Of a stretch of 64,000 bases of DNA, positions 22,211-32,249 are shown piece after piece. Every line of letters begins with the position of its first letter. Position 1 is the stretch's first letter. The notes under the pieces are model-generated. The model was not told where the DNA came from. It was given only the letters and a program-made list of their open reading frames with translations, and ran no database searches. Origin of the DNA: an uncultured virus (IMG/VR IMGVR_UViG_3300020440_000013) (lineage: Duplodnaviria > Heunggongvirae > Uroviricota > Caudoviricetes); the IMG/VR virus record IMGVR_UViG_3300020440_000013. The stretch is one strand, 5' to 3'. The position numbers and the translations under genes were made by a program.

Positions 22211-23161
22211 ATGGCACGTAAAGTAACAACAGGAATAGTCGGAGCTCCGATATTAGGTAACTTAAATGTTAGAGGAAATCTTATTACCACAATTGGTACT
22301 AACGCTAATCTAACAATAAATCCAAACGGAAGTGGTACAACATTGTTTAGTGGGAATGCATCTGTTCAATCTGCTGGTAGTTTAAAACTAAATGACTCAG
22401 ATAATTCAAACTTTATAGGACTTAAGGCTCCAGGAACTTTAAGTGGCGACTATACACTTACATGGCCTAATGGTTACGGAAGTGCTAACTCATTTTTGCA
22501 AACAGATGGCGCAGGAAACTTGACGTGGGGAACTGCAGCAATATCAATTACAAATGACACAACAACAAACGCAAATCGTTATGTAACTTTTGTATCAACT
22601 GATAGTGGTAGCTTTACAGGAGTAAATGTAACAAGTAGTAAACTTTTATTTAATCCATCAACTGGTGCATTAACAATTACTGGACCAATAACAGGTGGAA
22701 CAGCTGCAAGTGATCAATTAATTTTAAGAAGTACTACTAGTGGATCAAAAGGATATGTATACATTGATGAAACTACATCAAGTTCGAGTACTACATCAGG
22801 CGCATTAAGAGTGGGCGGCGGCGTAGGTATTGGCGGAGCATGTTACGTTGGCGGAGCCTTATCAGCACAAAGTTTAACAGAAACATCAAGTATAGCACTT
22901 AAAGAAAACATTAATCCAATTGAGTCAGCTTTAGAAAAGTTGCAACAACTAACAGGTGTAACATACGATAGAAAAAACGGTAGTACAAAAAATGAAGCAG
23001 GGTTAATTGCTGAACATGTAAATAACGTTTTACCTAATATTGTTACTAAAGATATGCAGGGAAATCCAGAAGGGATTAATTATACAAAATTAACAGCATA
23101 TTTAGTTGAAGCAGTTAAGACACTCAAGAAGGAATTAGATGATTTAAAAGGGAGAAAGTAA
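22211..23161 (+). CDS. Tail fibre protein with C-terminal intramolecular chaperone (peptidase S74) domain
   Basis: C-terminus 'SSIALKENI.PI..AL.KL..L.GV.Y...EAGLIAE.V...INY..L...LVEAVK.L'. Confidence 0.8.
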   Translation: MARKVTTGIVGAPILGNLNVRGNLITTIGTNANLTINPNGSGTTLFSGNASVQSAGSLKLNDSDNSNFIGLKAPGTLSGDYTLTWPNGYGSANSFLQTDGAGNLTWGTAAISITNDTTTNANRYVTFVSTDSGSFTGVNVTSSKLLFNPSTGALTITGPITGGTAASDQLILRSTTSGSKGYVYIDETTSSSSTTSGALRVGGGVGIGGACYVGGALSAQSLTETSSIALKENINPIESALEKLQQLTGVTYDRKNGSTKNEAGLIAEHVNNVLPNIVTKDMQGNPEGINYTKLTAYLVEAVKTLKKELDDLKGRK

Positions 23162-23165
23162 TAAA

Positions 23166-24029
23166 ATGGCAACGCTTAAGAATACAGCCATAAGCGGATC
23201 ATTAACACTCCCATCAGGCACTACCGCACAAAGACCTGTTAATCCACCAAACGGCGCATTACGTTTTAATACTACCCTTGGATATGCAGAAATATATTTA
23301 CATGGATTTTGGGGAGACATAGTTTCAGGAACAGATCTTCCAGTAGGTAGAGACTGTGTGTGTTGGTTAGATGCAAATGTACCTGAAAGTAATACAGGAT
23401 CAGGAACAACTTGGTATGATTTATCAGGTAACAATCATCACGGAACATTAAACTCTATTACAAGAACAACAAATGGCAGTTTAAGTACAAATAATCAAAA
23501 TGTAATGCAGTGCAACGCTAGTAGTAGTAGCTACATTAATGTTGTACATGGCGGACTAGATTTGCGTACAGTTAATACAGGTTATACAGTTATGCATGTT
23601 ACACGTTATAGCGGTGGATCTAGAGGAAGAACATGGAATGCAGCTTCAAACAATTGGCTCTTAGGCCATTGGAGTTCAGGGGCTACAAATCACTACGCAG
23701 AAGGATGGGTGTATGGCGCCTCAGGTGGCGGCCAAGTTGTTAATGACGAAAATTGGCGATGTTATGCGGCCACTGGTAAAATAGATAGAGATCATTATTC
23801 TTTTTGGATAGACGGACAAAGAGTAGCGTTTGAAGATACAGGCGGATCAAATGGTCCTAACAGTTTTAGATTTGGCACTTATACTAATTTTGGTGAAGTT
23901 TCAAATGCTCAAACTGCATTGTTTATGGCTTGGAACAGAGCACTATCAAGTGACGAAGTAAAACAAACACAAAATGCAATTCAAACTAGATTTGGACTTA
24001 CACACAATCAGGTTTACTCTCAAGGATAA
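23166..24029 (+). CDS. Fibre-associated ConA/LamG-like lectin domain protein
   Basis: N-terminal 'LPSGTTAQRP...G.LRFNT' module; 'WLDA...W.DLSGN..H' and 'WNRALS.DEV' LamG-like signatures. Confidence 0.7.
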   Translation: MATLKNTAISGSLTLPSGTTAQRPVNPPNGALRFNTTLGYAEIYLHGFWGDIVSGTDLPVGRDCVCWLDANVPESNTGSGTTWYDLSGNNHHGTLNSITRTTNGSLSTNNQNVMQCNASSSSYINVVHGGLDLRTVNTGYTVMHVTRYSGGSRGRTWNAASNNWLLGHWSSGATNHYAEGWVYGASGGGQVVNDENWRCYAATGKIDRDHYSFWIDGQRVAFEDTGGSNGPNSFRFGTYTNFGEVSNAQTALFMAWNRALSSDEVKQTQNAIQTRFGLTHNQVYSQG

Positions 24030-24032
24030 ATA
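24025..24032 (+). promoter_or_regulatory. Late promoter GATAAATA
   Basis: Overlaps the upstream stop codon; 23 nt before ATG 24056. Confidence 0.65.
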
Positions 24033-24055
24033 TGGTAGTTAGGGAAACAACATAA

Positions 24056-25960
24056 ATGGCAAGACTTAATAGCACAACAATTAATGATACAGGTTACCTA
24101 TCTATCCCTGTAGGAACAGAAGCACAACGAATAGCAACAGTTTCAGGCACTACTGTATTTTTTACAAGTGCAGGTAATACTTCTTGGACTGTTCCTGCTA
24201 ACGTTTACAACGTAGAAGTTTTAGTTGTAGGCGGTGGTGGAGGTGGTGGTTCAGACATGGGTGGCGGTGGAGGCGGCGGTGGAGTCGTTTATGACGGTAC
24301 CTATGGCGTTACTCCTGGAGCCTCAATAAGTATTACAGTTGCTAGTGGCGGATCAGGTGGTCCAGCAGGAGCTAACCAATCACGTGGTAGTAACGGTGGA
24401 AACTCAGTTTTTGGAAATATCACAGCATATGGCGGTGGTGGAGGTGCTAGTAGACATTCATCAAACGGAGCACCGGCAAGTGACGGCGCAAGTGGTGGAG
24501 GCGGATCAGGCGGTAGAGGTAGCGGTACAACAAGTTACGGCGGTACTCCAGGTAAAGCAATTTATGACCAAGGTTATGAAGGTTCTCCATCAGGAACTAC
24601 TTGGTATCCAGGCGGTGGCGGCGGTGCCGGCGGCGTAGGAAGACATTCACCAGGTGATGGCGGTCAAGGTGTTGTAAATAATATTACAGGATCAGACATA
24701 TTCTGGGGTGGCGGTGGAGGCGGCTCTGGATATAGTGCTAGAGGCGGCAACGGCGGTATTGGTGGAGGCGGCGGTGGCGCCGTTCTCACTACATATGGTG
24801 GTATTGGTTACAATAATGGAGCCGGAGGTGGTGGAGGTGGTATAAACACTTGGGCACAAACTCCAGGCGGTGCCGGAGGTGCAAACACTGGTGGCGGTGG
24901 AGGTGGTGGAGCACACTACAACTCCAACAACGCTGGTGGTACTGGCGGATCAGGTATTGTTGTTGTAAAATATAACACAACTTCACAAGATGCTAATCCA
25001 GTTACTGGCGGAATACGTATTAATAGCGATAATCAAGAAGTTGAAGTTCTTTCAGGTACAGGAGATTGGCAAACACTTACAACTCCTTATAAAGCAAGAC
25101 AAGTTATTACAACATCTTATATGATGGGCGGATATAAAAGTTCAGCTGCATGGAACAATGTTAATAGGACATCTCATGCAACAGACACTACACAAAATTT
25201 AGGTGACGGATCTTTAGAACGTTCATTTAATTATCAATCTGGTGCAACTGGCAAAGATATTGGTTACGTATTTGGAGCAGGTAATGGTCATGCTATACCT
25301 AGTAACTATATTATAGGTTATAACATGCGTACAGAATCTCAATATACAGGTATGCAATCAAGAACATTATCAGGTAATAGTTATAATTCAGGAACTATAC
25401 AAAAAGAATTTTATATGGCTTGGCACTCCGGCGGACAAAGTAGTAATACTGTACACAAATATAATTTAATGAATGAAGTTATGGTTACTGAAACTGCTGG
25501 ATTTTACACAGGCAACACATGGGGAATGTATTGGGAAAATGAAGGATCACTATATTGGGAAAATGATTCACGTTTAATGAATTTTTCAACAGGTGCATGG
25601 ACATCATGGAGCGGTACACAACCTAGTAATCATCACCAACAAAAATCTTTAATGGGGAAATTAAACTTTTGTTGGGCAGGTAATCAAGGTTCTTATAACG
25701 GTGGTAATAGCTTCCGTAGAACAAGTTTTGTTACAAGGCAAACTTCTGGTACATATAGCAAGCCTCGAGCAAACTGTGGAGAAGAAAATTTTGCATGTGG
25801 TCAAGATTGGGGTTACATGATAGGTAATTATGATGGTGCTCAAAACAATGGATCATTTAAATGGTATTACTATACGGAAACAGGTGTTAACGGAGGCACA
25901 ACTATGGAGCCAAAAGGTAAGGCAGGAGCAAGTTCAGGCTTCTGTACATGGAGAGATTAA
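24056..25960 (+). CDS. Fibre protein with glycine-rich domain and C-terminal propeller-like domain
   Basis: 'VEVLVVGGGGGGG...GGSGIVVVKY' phage Gly-rich domain; C-terminal half paralogous to the next gene; both end WRD. Confidence 0.65.
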   Translation: MARLNSTTINDTGYLSIPVGTEAQRIATVSGTTVFFTSAGNTSWTVPANVYNVEVLVVGGGGGGGSDMGGGGGGGGVVYDGTYGVTPGASISITVASGGSGGPAGANQSRGSNGGNSVFGNITAYGGGGGASRHSSNGAPASDGASGGGGSGGRGSGTTSYGGTPGKAIYDQGYEGSPSGTTWYPGGGGGAGGVGRHSPGDGGQGVVNNITGSDIFWGGGGGGSGYSARGGNGGIGGGGGGAVLTTYGGIGYNNGAGGGGGGINTWAQTPGGAGGANTGGGGGGGAHYNSNNAGGTGGSGIVVVKYNTTSQDANPVTGGIRINSDNQEVEVLSGTGDWQTLTTPYKARQVITTSYMMGGYKSSAAWNNVNRTSHATDTTQNLGDGSLERSFNYQSGATGKDIGYVFGAGNGHAIPSNYIIGYNMRTESQYTGMQSRTLSGNSYNSGTIQKEFYMAWHSGGQSSNTVHKYNLMNEVMVTETAGFYTGNTWGMYWENEGSLYWENDSRLMNFSTGAWTSWSGTQPSNHHQQKSLMGKLNFCWAGNQGSYNGGNSFRRTSFVTRQTSGTYSKPRANCGEENFACGQDWGYMIGNYDGAQNNGSFKWYYYTETGVNGGTTMEPKGKAGASSGFCTWRD

Positions 25961-26986
25961 ATGGCTAATTTAAAAAATACCAATATTAATGATACAGGAC
26001 ATTTAAATTTACCAGCTGGCAATGTTACAGGTAACGGCGTAATTAGATATAGTGCAACAGAAGGTAAGTTACAAGTTTTTAATACTCAAACTGCAGGCGG
26101 AACTTGGGGTGATGCAACTCAACCATATTTAACAAGACAAATTATTACCACAGGTTATATTCACGGAGGGTATGCTTCGTCAGTTGTTTGGTCAAGAACA
26201 AACAAAAGTGAATTTGCTACAGACACAACAATAGATTTAGGTAATACACAGGAAGGTGCTCATAACTATAAAGCAAGTATGTGGGATAACACTACAAACT
26301 ATACGTTTGGAGGACTTGCTAACGCTCACTGTGCTTCTAACAACACAGTAACAGCATATAATATGCGAACTGAAATAAGTTATACATCTGGATACACTAG
26401 ATCAATGCCTTGGAGTACTAACAATCCTGCATGTTTCCAACATGAACACTATAGAGGATGGTTTACAGGCGGAGGAAGTGCTGCAACATATGAAATGGAT
26501 TTTTCTACAGCAACATTATCTAATTTAGGTGTAAATTCAGGTACAAGTGGAGGTAGTTGGGGTATATCACACGAAAAATATAGCATCTATATGCCTGCTA
26601 ACCAAGGGTTTATGCATTCAACAAAAAATTATTATTCAAGATCAGGTAGCAATCCACAAGGTGATAAACATCAACACTGCGGACAATTTAAACACGCTTA
26701 CCACATTGGAGGCCGCGAAAGTAATCCAAGTACTAACTGGCGTGAAACCAATATGCTTACTGATGTAACAGCAGATACTATTGGAGCAAAACCAGCATAC
26801 AGCGGTGAAGAAAATTCAATAGTTGGACAAGATTGGTTTTACGGAGTTGGATGGTATCAAGGATCACACGTTAATACTGCTTTCAAATTTGTATATGCTA
26901 CTAGACAATCAACTAGTGGATATTCAAGTTTAGCTGCTAAAGGAGTAAACGGGCAAAGTTCAGCAACGATGTCTTGGAGAGACTAG
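25961..26986 (+). CDS. Fibre/receptor-binding-like protein with propeller-like repeats
   Basis: 341 aa; aligns by eye with the 634-aa protein minus its Gly-rich insert. Confidence 0.6.
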   Translation: MANLKNTNINDTGHLNLPAGNVTGNGVIRYSATEGKLQVFNTQTAGGTWGDATQPYLTRQIITTGYIHGGYASSVVWSRTNKSEFATDTTIDLGNTQEGAHNYKASMWDNTTNYTFGGLANAHCASNNTVTAYNMRTEISYTSGYTRSMPWSTNNPACFQHEHYRGWFTGGGSAATYEMDFSTATLSNLGVNSGTSGGSWGISHEKYSIYMPANQGFMHSTKNYYSRSGSNPQGDKHQHCGQFKHAYHIGGRESNPSTNWRETNMLTDVTADTIGAKPAYSGEENSIVGQDWFYGVGWYQGSHVNTAFKFVYATRQSTSGYSSLAAKGVNGQSSATMSWRD

Positions 26987-27029
26987 GTATGGTAAATATT
27001 TGCACGTTAAAAACTATAGGAGTTAACAC

Positions 27030-27905
27030 ATGACCAATGACAGACTAGTACAATATCATTCAGAAAAATTCAACAGTCAAATAAATTCTGATGTAAGTAT
27101 GCTAAATGACCAAGATAAAGATGTTGTTAGCAGATCAATTAATAAAGAATGGACAAATCCTAAATTTAAATTAAAATGGTTTGTAGGTAATGCACAAATT
27201 ACTCCGTATGCAAAATTTAGACAGTGGTTATTAGAAATTAAATCTAAAGAAGAGTCAATTGAAAATATGGAATATGAGATTGCTAAACATAATGTTGAAA
27301 TTGAAAGATTTAAACGTATTGAAGAAGAGTCGCATGATGAATTAGATAAAAAGATGGCTGGCATTGAAAAATGGAACAGTGAAAGACTTTTTTATACATC
27401 TAGAAGAAGATTACAAGATTGGTACTTAGAGCGTCAACAACTAATTGATCTTATCAACGAATTTATGGAGTCAGAAGAAGGTACAGTTCCAGACGGTTCA
27501 GGCAGAACTTGGTGGGATATAATTGACACCGAAGAAGAAGATATATGGGAAAAAGAATATTGGACAAATAGGCTAGGAAAACAAGCAGCAACTGATATGA
27601 TTTTTTACGGTAGAATTAACAGTGGTAACATGGATGCTATTTTACAATTACCACCAGAACAACAAGCAGAAACATTATCACTAGCAGTTAACTTTAGTAC
27701 TAAGTTACAAAGTTATCAAAATACGTTAGAAAATAAAGCACAAGAAGCAATGAAGATCGGCATAAATACAGATGATAAAGAATTATTATCACCAAAAGAA
27801 ATGGCAGAGCAAATCGCATCACAGCCTGACAGACAAACTGCTCAAAAAGAACTTGGTAATGATAAAAAACAAGGAGATTTATTAGATGAAGTATATGATA
27901 TATGA
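27030..27905 (+). CDS. Hypothetical acidic coiled-coil protein
   Basis: 291 aa; GGTAAATA at 26991-26998 and SD AGGAG upstream. Confidence 0.65.
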   Translation: MTNDRLVQYHSEKFNSQINSDVSMLNDQDKDVVSRSINKEWTNPKFKLKWFVGNAQITPYAKFRQWLLEIKSKEESIENMEYEIAKHNVEIERFKRIEEESHDELDKKMAGIEKWNSERLFYTSRRRLQDWYLERQQLIDLINEFMESEEGTVPDGSGRTWWDIIDTEEEDIWEKEYWTNRLGKQAATDMIFYGRINSGNMDAILQLPPEQQAETLSLAVNFSTKLQSYQNTLENKAQEAMKIGINTDDKELLSPKEMAEQIASQPDRQTAQKELGNDKKQGDLLDEVYDI

Positions 27906-28431
27906 GACCATTGGTAGCGATGACGTTAGAAATGATCCATCAAAAATTAAAATCATAGATTATTTCTGGCTTTACACCATCTCCGAAGTATCTGATGATT
28001 TCCCACATGAATGGTTAAAAGGTGAAGAAATAACTAGGCAAGTTGCTCATTCTTACTATTTTCCTGGAGCAGTAGAGAACGAAATTAGTATTATGCGTAG
28101 TACTACTAACCCAGAAGACATGATGGAACCTACAAGTTTAGGTGATAATGACTACGAAAAAGTAAATTATGCACTTACTGTAGACGATAGATTAAATGCT
28201 GTTAATCTTATGAAAGCAACAATGCGTTTACATGCAACACATTACTGTAAAAATGAAGCAGAACGTAATAGATTAATTGCAGCTCTAAATACATTATCAC
28301 AGTTATCTGAAACACAGATGTTTATGGCAACATATTTTGATTGGGACTGTGCATATACGTACAATAAGACTAAAACTAAAGAATTTGATTTTAGTGTTAC
28401 TGAGCCCTGGGCAGCTACTCCAATAGAATAA
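27886..28431 (+). CDS. Hypothetical protein
   Basis: 181 aa; SD AAGGAG; overlaps previous gene. Confidence 0.6.
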   Translation: MKYMIYETIGSDDVRNDPSKIKIIDYFWLYTISEVSDDFPHEWLKGEEITRQVAHSYYFPGAVENEISIMRSTTNPEDMMEPTSLGDNDYEKVNYALTVDDRLNAVNLMKATMRLHATHYCKNEAERNRLIAALNTLSQLSETQMFMATYFDWDCAYTYNKTKTKEFDFSVTEPWAATPIE

Positions 28432-28438
28432 AAATCAC

Positions 28439-28467
28439 TTGCATTGATATATTACCTGTGCTATAAT
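28439..28467 (+). promoter_or_regulatory. Sigma70-type promoter TTGCAT-N17-TATAAT with extended -10 TG
   Basis: TTGCAT 28439-28444, TATAAT 28462-28467, preceded by TGn. Confidence 0.7.
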
Positions 28468-28489
28468 AAGTATAGTATAGGAGATACAT

Positions 28490-30163
28490 TTGCCAAAAAA
28501 TATTTTTAGTGTTCCGTTAAATCCAAAATTAACGCCTGAGCAATTTATTACATTTTATAACTTTTTATTAGAACATAAAGAGTATATTAGAGATGTATAT
28601 TTTACCTGCAGGATTGCGCCTTTTATGAAAGATGCAATGGGTGATATTTTTGTTAATGATGATGATTACGATCATGCTATTGAACAAGCATTAGTAATTC
28701 AAAACAATCTTGGTATTCCGATAAGTGCAACATTTAATAATATACAGGTCCCTCCTAGCCAAAAAAACTTAGATATTTTTATTAAGAATTTTAAACCTCT
28801 TTATGATAGAGGTATTAAGGTTGCTACAATTCCACACACGCATTGGATGGCAACTGGTCAAATTAAACGTGCTTTTCCAGAACTATATGTAAAAAATACA
28901 ATTCTTAGAGATGTTAGAGTTGCTGCAGAAATTGTAAATTTAGCAAAATACGGATTTGATTACATTAACTTAGACAGAGACTTAATGCGTGACAGGGATA
29001 CATTGTTAAGGTTAGTTGAAGCTAAAAAATGGATTAAAGACAATTTAAATAAAGAAGTACATTATAGCTTACTAGCCAATGAAGGATGCAAGGGCAACTG
29101 TCCTATGATGGTTGAACACTTTGAATATAATAATACAAGAGAAGGCAATAGTCCTCAATATTTTAATGAACCTATTAGTAGGGTAAGTTGTCCTAAGTGG
29201 GATGTAGACGATCCTAGTGTACACTTAAAAACAGCAAATATTCCGCCTTGGAGAGAAGATTGGCAAGAGCTGTTAGATGACTTAGGAGTTGATGTATTTA
29301 AAATGCATGGTCGAGAAGCTGTTAGTAGATTATTTGAAACATTAGATATTATTAAGCGTTGGGCAAATAACGAAGATATATTATTTGATAATTTTGAAGA
29401 ATACTTAAATGATAATAATTTAAAAGATAAACCTATTAATGCTTGGCGTAAAAAAATTAAAAACTGTAAGTTTGATTGTTGGGAATGTCATTTTTGTGAT
29501 GACATTTATAAAATTAAATCAAAGAATGATCATACAGACTTAGTTAAGCATGTAGCACAAGCTATACTTGATAGCGGAGTTCCTAGTGTAAATATTAAAA
29601 TACCAGGCTTGACATCTAGAAGAGTACAGACATTATTAAATTTAATTGCTAAAAAAAGTAATCTGTATATGGAACTTGGAAGTGGACTAGGTGCAACTTT
29701 GTGTAGTGTTCTTTACAAAAATAATATAAATGCTATTGCTATTGACAACTGGGAACAAAATATACAACCTGCTAGGAAAGACTTACCTAATTTACCAGAT
29801 AATCAATTTGATATGTTTTATAAAAATGTTCAAGATAGTAAAGGTCCTAATGATGTACAAATAATAAATGAAGATTTATTTTATGTTGATCCTTCTAAGT
29901 ATAGTAATGTAGACTTCTGGTTTTATGACGGACCACATGATCAAGAAAGCACTGCAAAAGCTATTATAAGATATGCACCATGTTTAGCAGATCAATCTGT
30001 ATTAATATTTGACGATGCTAATTGGCAAGGAGTAGTTGACGGTGCTAGAGAAGGTGTTAATCAAGCAGGTTTAGTGGTTAATTATGAAAAAATTGTGTTA
30101 GGAGACGAAGAAGACCCTAACGGATGGTGGAACGGTTTGTATATAATGGTGGTAGAAAAATGA
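28490..30163 (+). CDS. Peptidase U32-family (Fe-S) domain fused to class I SAM methyltransferase
   Basis: 'LLANEGC.GNCP', 'SC', 'D.FKMHGRE' U32-like motifs plus 'CKFDCWECHFC'; C-terminal 'MELGSGLG...IDNW...FYDGPH...IFDD' Methyltransf_24-like; TTG start with SD AGGAG. Confidence 0.7.
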   Translation: MPKNIFSVPLNPKLTPEQFITFYNFLLEHKEYIRDVYFTCRIAPFMKDAMGDIFVNDDDYDHAIEQALVIQNNLGIPISATFNNIQVPPSQKNLDIFIKNFKPLYDRGIKVATIPHTHWMATGQIKRAFPELYVKNTILRDVRVAAEIVNLAKYGFDYINLDRDLMRDRDTLLRLVEAKKWIKDNLNKEVHYSLLANEGCKGNCPMMVEHFEYNNTREGNSPQYFNEPISRVSCPKWDVDDPSVHLKTANIPPWREDWQELLDDLGVDVFKMHGREAVSRLFETLDIIKRWANNEDILFDNFEEYLNDNNLKDKPINAWRKKIKNCKFDCWECHFCDDIYKIKSKNDHTDLVKHVAQAILDSGVPSVNIKIPGLTSRRVQTLLNLIAKKSNLYMELGSGLGATLCSVLYKNNINAIAIDNWEQNIQPARKDLPNLPDNQFDMFYKNVQDSKGPNDVQIINEDLFYVDPSKYSNVDFWFYDGPHDQESTAKAIIRYAPCLADQSVLIFDDANWQGVVDGAREGVNQAGLVVNYEKIVLGDEEDPNGWWNGLYIMVVEK

Positions 30164-31683
30164 ATAAACAAATAAAAGAATTAATTATTTTTGGTGGCGG
30201 AACCAGTGGTTGGTTGACAGCGTCATACTTGGTAAAAAATTTACAGTCTCCTTGTAAAATTACACTTATAGAAGACGTGTCAGCAGGACCTATTGGTGTA
30301 GGAGAAGGCACACAGCCTCTTACTGCAAAGTTTTTATTTGAATGTGGCATTGATCCTAAAAGGTGGATGAAGCCAAGTAATGCAGCATTCAAATACGGAG
30401 TTGAGCTAACGGGCTGGAACGATATACCTTATTTTGTAGACAATGATACTCCTACTAACTATATGGCTTCACAAATTGATTTTATTAATAGATATTTTCA
30501 TAACCAACCTTACGAAGAATATGCAAAATGGCATCCTGCATATAGATTAGCTAAGAAAAATGTAAGTCCTAAATTAGAAACAAACTTAGATGTTAGTTTT
30601 GGAATAGGACCAGAGGGGTTTGGTGCTGTACATTTTAGTGCATATGATATTATAGATACTCTTAAAAAAATAGTAGGTCCAAAAATTATTCATGTAGATG
30701 CTAAAATAGTACAAGCAAAAACTAACTCCGAAGGCATAAGTGATCTTATAGACGATAAGGGTAACACATATACTGCAGATTTATTTTTAGATTGTAGTGG
30801 ATTTAAAAGTGCATTGTTAGGCAAAGGAGTAAAAAGCGAATTTGTATCATATAAAGAACAAGGTTGGTTATTAAATGATAGTGCAGTAGCAATGCCAACA
30901 CAATATACTAATCCTCAAGAAGAGTGCCATCCGTATACAAAAGCTACTACAATGACAAGTGGTTGGCGTTGGACTATCCCAACATATAAAAGAATTGGAA
31001 ACGGATACGTTTATAGTAGTGATTTCTTAAGTGAAGAAGAAGCTGAAAAAGAATTAAGAGAATCAGTAAATGATTTTGAAACCCCTGTAAAACATTTAAA
31101 AATGAGATGTGGATCGCATAAAGAAGTTGCAAAGAAAAATGTAGTGGGCATTGGATTAGCGGCTGGATTTATTGAACCACTAGAAGCAACCGGCATAACA
31201 TTTACAACATCTTTAGCTAAAAGTGTTACAGACTTATTAAATCTAAATGGAATGAATTGGGACGATAAAGTACGTGATTTTATTAATCAAGGCTTTTACG
31301 AAATGTCAACAGAAATACTTGCATTTGTATGGAGTCATTATCACTTTAGCAAAAAAGATGATACTCCTTATTGGAAAGCAATAAGAGAACAAAAACTTAC
31401 AGATTTGCCTTCCGACGCTCAACATATTATTTCACAGTATTGGCCAAAGCCTAAACCGTTTTTATTCTTTAGTCAGCAATCTATGTTTACTAGTATTCAA
31501 TGGTGGTCAATGATTCATGCAGGAGGAGGTTATAATACTTCTATTAGTTTAAGTGAAAAAGAAAAAGATTATTTTGAGTATTTTATAAAAAATACTAACA
31601 ACAGAATAGAAATGGCTGAGGAGTTATTTCCCAATCATTATGAATTTTTAAAGGAGTGGTATGACGAATGGAAAATAAGTTAG
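30160..31683 (+). CDS. Flavin-dependent (tryptophan) halogenase family protein
   Basis: GGGTSGW, GVGEGT, FK.G catalytic-Lys region, DCSGF, WRWTIP (WxWxIP), FIEPLEATG; ATGA overlap places start at 30160. Confidence 0.9.
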   Translation: MNKQIKELIIFGGGTSGWLTASYLVKNLQSPCKITLIEDVSAGPIGVGEGTQPLTAKFLFECGIDPKRWMKPSNAAFKYGVELTGWNDIPYFVDNDTPTNYMASQIDFINRYFHNQPYEEYAKWHPAYRLAKKNVSPKLETNLDVSFGIGPEGFGAVHFSAYDIIDTLKKIVGPKIIHVDAKIVQAKTNSEGISDLIDDKGNTYTADLFLDCSGFKSALLGKGVKSEFVSYKEQGWLLNDSAVAMPTQYTNPQEECHPYTKATTMTSGWRWTIPTYKRIGNGYVYSSDFLSEEEAEKELRESVNDFETPVKHLKMRCGSHKEVAKKNVVGIGLAAGFIEPLEATGITFTTSLAKSVTDLLNLNGMNWDDKVRDFINQGFYEMSTEILAFVWSHYHFSKKDDTPYWKAIREQKLTDLPSDAQHIISQYWPKPKPFLFFSQQSMFTSIQWWSMIHAGGGYNTSISLSEKEKDYFEYFIKNTNNRIEMAEELFPNHYEFLKEWYDEWKIS

Positions 31684-32249
31684 CACTAGTTCATGCAGAT
31701 TTATGGTCAAAAAGTAATGTTGGTACTATAGATCAACGACAAGATTTACTAAAACAAATTCTTGCAGCAAAACAAGAAGGCAGTGTAGAAATTCAAGAAA
31801 GCAATGCAGGATGCTGGAGGTCAAGAGTAGAATATGAAAATTTAGATTGGCTGTTTACAGATCTTAAAACAATAGTTCAAAATGCTAGTGAATATTACTT
31901 TGATATTGACGAAGTATTTAGAAGTAGAGTGGTTGACAAACAAGTTAAATTTAGTTATTGGACAAACGTAAACGAATATAATGCATCTAATGTATTACAT
32001 ACACATAACAAAGACACGTTTACAGCTACATATTATCTACAAGGTAGTAGCACAGGAACACTTAATTTTGTAAATCCTGCTAACATGACTTTAGAATGTT
32101 CAAACATATCACCAATGACGAGATCTGTTGCTGTTCAACCAGAAGATGGAGATTTATTTGTGTGGCCAGGCTGGGTGCCACATGAAGTTGTGCCTAATCC
32201 TAGTCAAAGGCAACGAATTAATATTGCATTTAGTATACAAGTATCATGA
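31668..32249 (+). CDS. Putative 2OG-Fe(II) oxygenase (TIGR02466-like)
   Basis: 'WTNVN...HTH...ATYY...P..GDL..WPGWVPHEV.PN...RINIAF'. Confidence 0.8.
   Translation: MENKLALVHADLWSKSNVGTIDQRQDLLKQILAAKQEGSVEIQESNAGCWRSRVEYENLDWLFTDLKTIVQNASEYYFDIDEVFRSRVVDKQVKFSYWTNVNEYNASNVLHTHNKDTFTATYYLQGSSTGTLNFVNPANMTLECSNISPMTRSVAVQPEDGDLFVWPGWVPHEVVPNPSQRQRINIAFSIQVS

Noticed and set aside
24149..24973. Collagen-like repeat or foreign high-GC insert
   Set aside because: Poly-Gly runs rather than Gly-X-Y; raised GC is explained by Gly codons.
1..26986. Diversity-generating retroelement suggested by repeats in fibre genes
   Set aside because: No reverse transcriptase in the window; both repeat copies are coding and differences are not confined to adenines.
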